Positions 13,032 to 22,900 of a stretch of 64,000 nucleotides of DNA are shown here, one piece after another. The notes beneath the pieces are model-generated. The model was not told where the DNA came from and ran no database searches. It saw only the letters and a program-made list of their open reading frames with translations. The stretch is from Thalia democratica (lineage: Eukaryota). The DNA is taken from positions 26,412,001 through 26,476,000 of the forward strand of contig OZ241826.1 of assembly GCA_965202585.1 (NCBI GenBank), read 5' to 3'. The translations under genes were made by a program, and so were the position numbers. Each line of letters starts with the position of its first letter. Position 1 is the first letter of the stretch.

Positions 13032-14508
13032 TTTCTGCTGGACCACCACAATTTCCTAATGCAAGACGTAAGCTTTAAAATGTTTTGTTAAAAGTATAAA
13101 ACTATGTATTAGTTTGATAGAATGTACAGTAATAAGTCTTTAAATACTAAAAAAAAAAATTTGAACGAAATATAACGTGCTATGATTAAATTTAATTAGC
13201 ATACGACTAAAACTAATAACTAAAAAAAAACGAGTTATACTTTTTGAAATTAAAACTTAGAAATTATATTTTTAAGGATATAAGTTTATTAATACTTAGT
13301 CATATAATTTAAAATATTAGTCTAGTAAATAAATACCTTTGCGAACCAAAGCATAGATAGTACTTAGAATATAGTTGAGTAAACTGTTTTTAATATATAT
13401 TAAGTTACTATATAAAGTTAAAGTGACCATTTAAGTAAACATGTTTTCTTGTCTCTTAAGATCACTCAACGTCTTTGGTCGTCAGATTAACTTGTAATTA
13501 AAAATACATTCAAATAAATATAATAAGACATATATATTGTTAAATCTCTTCAGGATTGAAACAACTCAACATCCAAGATTGTCAGATCAACTTGTAAATA
13601 TACATATATACTTTATCAAAAACTATTTTATGTTATTTACTTTCTCTAGGTTTGAGATCACTCAACGTCCAGGGCCGCCAGATCAACTTGTACGCTGCAT
13701 GCTCCGGATACCACCTCCACGACAGCGGACGCGTCACCTCCCCAAACTACCCAAGTAACTATGACAACTACATGGACTGCAACTGGCTGGTCCACGCCGA
13801 GGACGGACACCCGGTCAGCATCGATTTGAACGTGGACGGTGTTGAGAGCAACGACTACCTTCAGGTTAGGGGATTTTATTTTGAATCTATTGGAAGCAGC
13901 TTTAATTTGTAATAATTTGTACACATCAAAACAAGATTTATTTGTTATATATATACATAATACATCAGCACCAGATTTATTACGTTTAAAGTGTAGCATT
14001 TACATTAGTTTTCTTTAACTAAGAAAAAACTTAATTGTAGTAACTCTTCCAAGCAGTATGTTTAATAAAGAGTGTTAAATATAGTTAGAAATGTGTAAAA
14101 CTTATTTAAGGAAAATGTTGTAAGATGTTAAATTTTAAAGTGATTGTTTCTGAAAAAGTTTGAAAATAATTTCAGGCTTAAAACAGCTTATATTAAACAA
14201 AAGTATTCTATGTTTAAATACAAACTCGTTAAAACTTTTAAGATAAAAAACGATAAACTAAAGACTTATTCTTTTTCGGAAAATTCTCCACAATTTTTCA
14301 ATACTTAAGTACTTTAGAAACTTAGTTAATTAATTAAACTTCTAAATAGGTGTACGACGGACAAACCGAATCGGACGCCCAACTGGCCAACATTTTCGAC
14401 AACTACAACCAGAGGTACCACATTGAAGCGACCGGTAACTGGATGTACATCGTGTTCAGATCTGACAGCGCCAACACCGCCAAGGGATTCTACTTCGATT
14501 ACCAATAA
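13032..14508 (+). CDS. CUB-domain protein, 3' part (small or secreted; 5' exons not identified)
   Basis: Exons 13032-13067 (36 nt, phase 1-1, donor gtaagc; less certain), 13650-13864 and 14350-14508 (TAA). Peptide ...CSGYHLHDSGRVTSPNYPSNYDNYMDCNWLVHAEDGHPVSIDLNVDGVESNDYLQ|VYDGQTESDAQLANIF...ATGNWMYIVFRSDSANTAKGFYFDYQ* has the CUB motifs C.G, SPNYP..Y, C.W.I, D.L.VYDG, M.I.F.SD, GF...Y. Confidence 0.88.
13441..13600 (+). repeat. Two degenerate intronic copies of the 5' end of CUB exon 13650-13864
   Basis: 13455-13497 (tta aga tca ctc aac gtc ttt ggt cgt cag att aac ttg taa) and 13551-13597 (cag|ga ttg aaa caa ctc aac atc caa gat tgt cag atc aac ttg taa) versus exon ttg aga tca ctc aac gtc cag ggc cgc cag atc aac ttg tac. 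Confidence 0.85.
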
Positions 14509-14527
14509 ATATACTTTGATGTTACTG

Positions 14528-14533
14528 AATAAA
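14528..14533 (+). promoter_or_regulatory. Probable polyadenylation signal of the CUB gene
   Basis: AATAAA 20 nt after the stop, retained in both duplicate copies (about 40812 and 44567). Confidence 0.5.
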
Positions 14534-15259
14534 CTTGTTTAAAGTGAAGCACTTGTTTTTTTTAGTTACTGTTAGTTTATTGTCTAACGCAGGACCCCGG
14601 CACTAAAATACGTTTTGTAAAAACTTGAATTACGATAATTGGCAAACTCTGTATTATTTTGTAAAACTTAGAACAATTTAGTTATGCTTCTCATCAAAAC
14701 AATATATCAACATCTAACCTTATTACTGCTTTAAAACTAAAAAAAGAACAAAAAAATTTTTTTAATACTTTTTAAGTTTTAAATGCTAAAATCGTCAGTT
14801 TATATATTGTCTATTGAACGACAAAAAAAAGTGCTCAAAAAGTTTGGTCCAAGGACCTAGTACACGAAAAAACCTTACGCTTATCGAGTCATACACCAGA
14901 ACAGTTTAATGTCATGTCCAGGAATATATTTATTATTAATTTTTTTTAACTATAAGCTTTCATTAAATATATTTAAAAAATGGTGTTTCATACGTTTTGT
15001 TAACATGTACTACTCTATAAATTCGTAAAGGTGATATGTTTAGTGGAGCAAACTTTTACTACAGTAAGGTATAAAGGAGAGTTTTCTGAAAAGCAATCAA
15101 AACTTAAATGATACAAAATGTTAACAAATGTTTAGATTTTTAATAGTTTTAACCATTTATAAAAACAAATACTTTTTATCATAACATAGAACTTAAAAAT
15201 GAATACTTATAAAAATTACAAAACTAAACAACTTAAAAATATAAAAGTTTATATTATAC

Positions 15260-15310
15260 TAGAGGTCAACAAACTATGGTCCAACTGCCGTACTTATGGT
15301 TCGGGCCGTA
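15260..15310. mobile_element. Possible terminal remnant of a hAT/Charlie-type MITE
   Basis: tagaggtcaacaaactatggtcc...cgggcc resembles the CAGGGGTC(A/G)GCAAACT...GGCCC termini of hAT MITEs; paralog at about 41449. No right end identified. Confidence 0.3.
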
Positions 15311-18300
15311 TTTATTTTAACTAAAAAAACTCTTGAATAACAACTTTTTTTTTTGAATTTGATTTATAACTTTCAACTAAATAAACTGCTAACAAGAAAA
15401 GTATATTTGCTAATTCTACGACAAACCGATAAAAATATCTATTTTAGACCAAATGTTTTTCGTTTTAGATAGAAGGTATGTTTACGCTAAACTTTGACTT
15501 TGAATTTGCACACAATAATTAAATATTATGGCTATAAGCTATGAAATCTTTTTAGGTTTTATAAAGTCTTGACTAAAAAAAGATTTAACTCAAAACAAAA
15601 TTAAGTATTTTTTATTCATATTTTACACTATCAGTAAAGACTGTTTATTAATATATAAACTTTTTACATGTGTTTTTATAAAGTGCATTGTGTTAGCTTT
15701 AGTTAACATAAAACTTCCAATAGGAACAATCAGTTAATAAATTCCTAACTAGTTAAAAACGAACAAAAAAAATATTTATTCTTAACTTAATATTGTTTTG
15801 AAGGTATACAACAAGTTTTCAGGGGTAAAAAAAGTTTAATATTTTTTTCATCTCATAACTATTACTGATACTAACTACAAGCTGACTTTTGTTTATAGTT
15901 AAGTAAAGACATTTTCTTTAAAGTTTTATTGTTTAAAAGCTATATACTTATACACTGTGGTGCACAACTCGATAACCAAAAGGTTCCTTTGAACACCAAG
16001 TCTTTAGACAAAATTTTTTGAGCGCGTTTTTTATTGTTCAATAAACAATATGTAAAGTTTGAATAAAAGTTAATAATAACTTTAATTAATGCATATTTAG
16101 ACTAAAATATTGAAAAAAAAGGTAAGCCTTTGTGTTCGACAAAGATAAATTTTGAAGTGTAGTTTACAAAATGATAAAACATATTTCTTGTTAGAACTTA
16201 AGCACTACTTGGACTTTCTTTTCTAGTTATTTAAATATTAAACATAACTAACTTTGGTACATAAATTTATTATAAACTAATTTGACATAAATCGGACAAC
16301 CTATCTAATTTAATACCCACAAAATGTTAGTTTTAAATAATAGACATTTTTTTGTTTTCAAATGCAAGTTTTTGAAATACAGTAAATAAGCATTAATTTG
16401 TTGGGAGGTTTAAATTTTTAACAGTTTAAGCTTTAATCCATACATTGTGCTTTTACTTTGTAACTAATGTTCAGCAAAATCCACAAGTTCCGGTCCGGAC
16501 CAAGGTACTTTTTATTTATTTTAATTTATTTGTTTTAAACTTCACTTCAACTATACTCTTTTATTCGCTTTTGACCTTAGAAACTTTTCTGGTTGGCGGG
16601 CTATACATATAAATATTTTACTGCGTGAAGTAATAATTTTTGAAGACGACAGCAAAAAATTATCTATAAAGCAAAACTATTTTTAAATGTACTTCGAAGT
16701 AAAAACAACTTTGTACTGAAAATAAAGTTAATAGCATCTTTGAAAAGATATAAAAAACTCAATTTTAGTTGTTATGCACGAGTTATTTCTCAGTAAAAAA
16801 TTACGTTTCAAGCTAGATGCTTCTGTTGGGTAAGTCGGATTCGGTCCTCAGTCCATATGATGCTTATATCTTATGTATATATGATTTGTATCTAGCCTAT
16901 AGTTATGTTTAAGCTATAGAAATAATTGATTACCAGTCTGACGATTTTATTTTTAACAACTTTATCATAGAACAGAGATGGTCATACTTGCAGGACACGG
17001 CAAGCGACTAACTACTTGATAACAACAATTTGCACTAAGCAAGAAAATGTTTAAATAAAAGCTTATAACTATGGTATGAATTGATTTTATAGTTAACTAT
17101 GATACTAATTTATCATTTATACTTTAAATTATTTTTTTTTATTGAAATTATTTCTAAGTATAGTTTTACAAAGCTAAGCTTTATAGCTGTATATAGAAAG
17201 TTGTCACAGATGGCCTACTAAATAGAAAATTTGCTCAAACCCAGACATATAGACACAAAAAACCATAAAAAGATCAGTTGATTAAGGAACAAAAAATAAT
17301 TGAAAAATACTGTGAACTGAAAATACTGTGAAAAAAATATTTGTGTGTTATAAAAATAAAAATTACTATAAGTTACTTTAATTTTAGTTAACGAATTAAG
17401 TCCAAGCCGTCGGGTTTTTTTTTTGTAATTTTTTATATATAATAAGTATAGATTTGAAACAGTTGTACAACAATACTACAAAAATTAAAGTTTGTAAAAC
17501 TATCTTATAGAATTGATATAACAATGCTTCATTGTCAATTTATGTCTTTAAGGGATTTTTTCTTATATAATTAGTGTGATTTCATTTTAAGTATAGACGT
17601 TTTGATTTAATGAAAAGTTAGTATGTTTTTTTTAACTTATTGGATCAGTTAAATAACTACTAATAAAAAAAATATTTTTTACTGACCCTTCAAAGTTTTA
17701 TAGTAAAAAAAAACTTTTGTAACTAAAAATATTTTCAATCAAAGAGTAAACACATATATCTTGACACAAACTTTTAGTTGTTGCTGCTGTTTAAAACACA
17801 AAAACCCACATGTGCTATTTATTTAACATTTTAAAACAATTTTTAACTTTATCAATACTCAACAGTTTCAAATACATAAAATTTTTGTAAAAACATTCAA
17901 CAAAAAAGCAAACAATATTTTAATCAGTAACTGTTTTTTTTTTTTTGACTGTAACAATCAAAATGTTATGCAAGTTTTTAATTTTTGTTCTTTATTTGTA
18001 TTTAGAAACTGATTTGCTTACAGCATATATCAAATATTTAGTGTTAAGACTTTAAGGACTATCGATTGTAACACAACGACATAACTTTTCATCTGTATAA
18101 GCTAAAAGAATTTAAATATTTGAGCTTCATTTAGGGATAAGTTATTTAATAACAAAGAAAATTATACTTCAAATTGGTCAACATATCTATAATTACATAA
18201 GTTTGCTTGTTTAAATAAATTAAAATTGTAAGACTAAAAGCTAGGATACATTTACAAAGATGAATGTAAAAAGCTTTTCAAAAGTAACACTAAAAGTAAC

Positions 18301-19939
18301 TAAACACATAAAAATTAAGCAGTACCTTCTCGAATTTTGTTCGCAAATTATAAGTTTATATTTTAGAATAACTTTCACTAACGTTAAGTAAGTAGTCTGT
18401 ATAAAATTTCGACCTTAATTGATAACTTACAATCATAACTATCCAACAAATATTTGAAAGACTTGTAGTATTTAATTAGGCTTTTTGACATATATATTAT
18501 AAAGTTAAAATGTAGAACTTTTTTTCATTAATTATTGTTTTAAAATTTTTTATATATTCAACAAATAAAAGCTTACAGTAAGAGGCTTCCGTAATCATTT
18601 AACCATATAACATAAAATACTGTGATCTGTTGTCATTATTCTTGTCTAAATTGCCGCGAAACAAGTTTTAATGTTGTTTAAAATATATTTCATAAAGTTT
18701 AAATTTAATAAAAAAAGAGGTTAAAGTTTAAATACACATCTCTTAAAAAAATACGTCTTGTCTTACAATATTTTATTTTTGAATAGAACCATGACTATTT
18801 TCAACCACTTTTATAAGCATAATTCTTTAAAATATCAATGACAAAACTTACTAAAAAACACTTGTGTGATAGATAAGAATTATTGATAAACAATATTGTA
18901 TTTTGTTCTTAAAACTGGTAAAACCTTTGTACAGGAAAGTAAAAAAAAATATCTAAGTCCTTGTTTTTGTACTTTGAAGATAGCAATTTTTTGATTCCGG
19001 GACACAAATACTGTAGTATTATAAACTAATACTTGTTGATAACTTAATTAAAACCTGCAAAGTTAGATAAAAAACTGATTCCTATGAAATTTAATTACCA
19101 TATAAGACTTACTCCCTTTTAATTCATCTCAAGCTAAAGAACTTTACACTGTCTGAAGACAAACACAGTCTGTAAAACAAATTACTTTTATATACTGTTA
19201 AAGAATATTTTCTTCTTATAGAAAAAAACTTAAGTTATAATTCTCTTACTTAACAAAAATTTTACAAATAGATGCATAAACACAAAAGTATACATTATAC
19301 ATGAAACTGCTTAGACCATTATAAAATCAAGTATGAAAACAAAACTTGACTTAACATTTTTATTAAATGGTAAATCTTCATCTTCAAAAATAGTAGAAGT
19401 TGAAAACATATATAACAGGTAATTTTACACTTATCTTCGTTTAAAAATTCTAAATATATACTTAATTTTTGTAAACATATTAGTCGTAAAAGTACCAATT
19501 GTATTTACTTAACTTTAAATAAAAAACACATTAAGTAAATAATTATTTTTTATCATCAATAATAAAAACACAAATTTTCTAAGACAAAATAATGTTAAAA
19601 ACGTAGATAAACATTTAGAACCTATAAATATTAGCCTATTTAAGTTTTTAAAATCATTATATAAAATAATAAAAGTTCTAACATTATAAAAATACAAGAT
19701 TGTCTTAAAACATAAAAACAAAAAACTCCAGAAAAAAATTTATCAAAACAATTACTTTGTAGTATGTAGTATCTTTTTTAATAAGCAATTTATTATTTTT
19801 GCATGTAAAGTAAAGCTTTAAAAATGTTAAGAGTAAAAACTGTGAATCATAAAACACATTGGTTTGCTCATAGCAATTAAAACTAAATATCTTTTAAACT
19901 TGTTTTAAACAACTAAACTCCAATAGTACATACTTCAAA

Positions 19940-19945
19940 TTTATT
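19940..19945 (-). promoter_or_regulatory. Probable UTP14 polyadenylation signal
   Basis: AATAAA on the minus strand about 43 nt after the stop; conserved in copy B (48299-48304). Confidence 0.5.
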
Positions 19946-19987
19946 TTCCAATATCAAAAAAAGACAAATCTACTGTTTTCTTAGTTT

Positions 19988-22900
19988 TCACTTTCCGAGC
20001 TCTCCCACCCTCTTGTAATGCTTTTGCTTCTTGGTCATGCCAAACTGCAGTTTCTGCTGTCTCCTCCTTCTACTCTGACCAACGTCCACCTTCACTACAT
20101 CCGGGTGCATTGGACTGATGAACTTGCCTGTAAAAAGTTTGTTAATCTAATTTTCGTTGTCAGGGTCGTAGGTTCAACAAGCCTTCGTTTGCTTGTTTGT
20201 TGATAAACACTAATTTTTGCTTACATTTTGACAAGAGTGATTTTCGTTATCTAAAACCAACTTGAATGTGTTTAAATCGTAAGCAAAATTTTTATGTTTG
20301 AAACCAGCAGCAATCTACGTCCCTAGTTGACACTGAATCGCAATGAATGTACTCGACACTAGATCTTTTTTCAAGATTATTTACTAAACAACAAACACAA
20401 CATGCACACCTGAAACAGTCTCGATCTTGGGCCGGTTGATCTTCTTGAGCGAGAGAGCCGTGTTGTACTGCTTCGCCACGGGGTAGTCCAGTGACCTCTC
20501 GAAGGCTGGGACGTCTCTGTGGTACTCCCACGGTATCTGCTGCACCTGTTTGCGCGTTGGTTTGTTCACGTTTGTTTGTTATGAAAAAAGTTGTTGTTAG
20601 AATAATGACAATAAGTTTTATGAGTAGTTTTGATGGGTAGGTTTATATTGCAAATATTAATAGTTACTTTATTAAATATATAATATTATTTTGAAAAAAT
20701 TAAAAAATAATAAGCTTAAAACAAATTTAATTAAAAAAAAATTAAGCTTCAAACAAAATTAATATAGAAAAAAAAGTTTTGATGTGCACTTCTAAACAAC
20801 TTCTCAATGAGAAACAAATAGTTTTACTCCAGTCATATACATTAAGAACTCAATAAAAACCTGCATCTTGGTCAAACCGAGATCTCTGTGCTTGGTCGGG
20901 ATCCACGCAAAACTCTTCCTCTCTTTCTCCACATCCCTCATCTTCCTCTTCTACAACATGAAACAACATTTGAAAACTTAATTTCAAACAAAAACTTCAA
21001 TTGTGTTTCGTTCTGCCATTCATGCAATGCAAACTTTACTTTTTTACACTTGAATACTTTATTTGACAAAAGCTTCGAAAATAATTAAATTTTCTCAAAA
21101 CAATCGTCGTAATAAAAAAAATCTTACAACATAATAAGAAAATTATTAAAATAATTATATCTAATCAATTTCCAACCAAACAACCTTGGCCTTTTTCTTC
21201 TTCTGGGTGATTCCTTCCCCCGCCCACCCGGTACCGAACCCCGGCATGTCCAGCTCCATCATCTCCTTCTCCCTCTTCCGCTCCTCCTCCTTCTCGTGCT
21301 CCCCCCACACGTCGTCCTCCTCGAACGCCTCCTCGATCAACCCCGCGTTCTTGTCTGGATTTGACAGTTTGATCATCATATATATAAATATGAGATTTTA
21401 CCATAAAATATGGTAAATTGGGGGCAAAAATCAAGGAAAGGTTTTCAGAAAAAGTCATTCTGAACTACAGTTGAGTAATTATTTTAGTTATTTTTAAATT
21501 TATGGTATTTAAACATTGTAAAGACTATAATGGGTAGATTAATTTCAAAGAGACAGCTAAGATATTTAATATGAAAATCACTCACCCGGAACGAAATCGT
21601 TCATGAGATCGTCCACTTCGCTCTGAACTTCCTTCCCTCCTCCCACGACGATCAGCTCCTCTTCACCGTCGCGCAACCTCACCGGTTTCAACACTTCCTC
21701 CTGCTGAGTCACTTGTTACAAAAACCGACAAGTCGCTGAATTGAGCGGTAAATTATCACGTTTGTTACTATGTGTTTTGATTTTTAGAGAACAAATAAAG
21801 ATATCTCAAATTTTTAAAAAGAAATTATATTTTTATTATTTTGCACAATAAAGTCTTGCAAGAAAAATATACATTTTTATAATGGAACACGTCGAAAATC
21901 CACCCAATAAAAATTCCACTCGGTCAAATTCGAGAACCGTTTTGCGACCGAGGGTTAGGGGTAACAGTGATAGTGAAAAATAAATAAATTCAAAAATTAT
22001 ATAAAACAAAATAATAAATAGATAAAACACAAAAAAATTGGGTGCATTTTGAACGTTAGAACATTTCGAAAGTACACCGTCATTACAACAAACCTTCCTT
22101 TGCACTGCCACCATCTTCGTTTCCCCCTCCCCGTCCAAACCGGCCTCCTCCGTCTCAACTTGCACCATCACCGTGTTCTCTTCCTTCTCTTCGGCTTCCT
22201 GCTCCTCCCTTGCCGCCTTCACCACCTCCTCTGCTGCTTGCAACGATTTCAGTGATTGCAACGCGCTGGTGAACTTTTGCTCGTTCCTGGCCGCTTCGTC
22301 GTCCTGAGCATGATTGTCTGCTTCTTCTTGACCTTTTTGGTTTTAATGAAAGATTTGAACTTGATTTGTGTATTTCATTGTTTACAAATTATAAAAACTT
22401 GGACATAGCCTTTAAATTTAACTTTAATCTGTTTAAAATTAGCCGTTTCAGATGTAAAATGACTGATTCTTAAAAAACTATAACTAAAAGTGGCTGTAAA
22501 GTTTTATTTTTAAAGTTAAATTGCAGATAATTTTTTAAACTTTCCAATTAATTGTTCTTACTAATCAAACAAACAAGAACAAATACAAACCTTCAGTCTC
22601 TTCACTGTCGTCTTGTTCAGCTGCCAGCCACTTGTTGTCTGATTTCAAAGGTTTTACTACCTCTTGTTGAACATCGTTACTTTCTCCTTCATCATCATCA
22701 TCTACTTCGGATTCACTGCTGTCACTTTCAACCTGATGAATAACTTCAAGTAAACTTTCTCAACTCCATTGAATTAAGAACCTTTACGTTATTTCTTAAA
22801 CTTCAACAAACACTCCATAATCATTTAGAACGAGCCATAAATCAATTGATACGATAAACACCAAACAAATCAAACACATTTTATATTTATCATTTTATTT

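Noticed and set aside
16978-17019. MVILAGHGKRL resembling a nucleotidyl-transferase N-terminal motif
   Set aside because: Stops after 13 codons with no donor site; chance similarity.
21951-21960. Telomeric TTAGGG / interstitial telomere
   Set aside because: Fewer than two full units, embedded in a MITE-like insertion.
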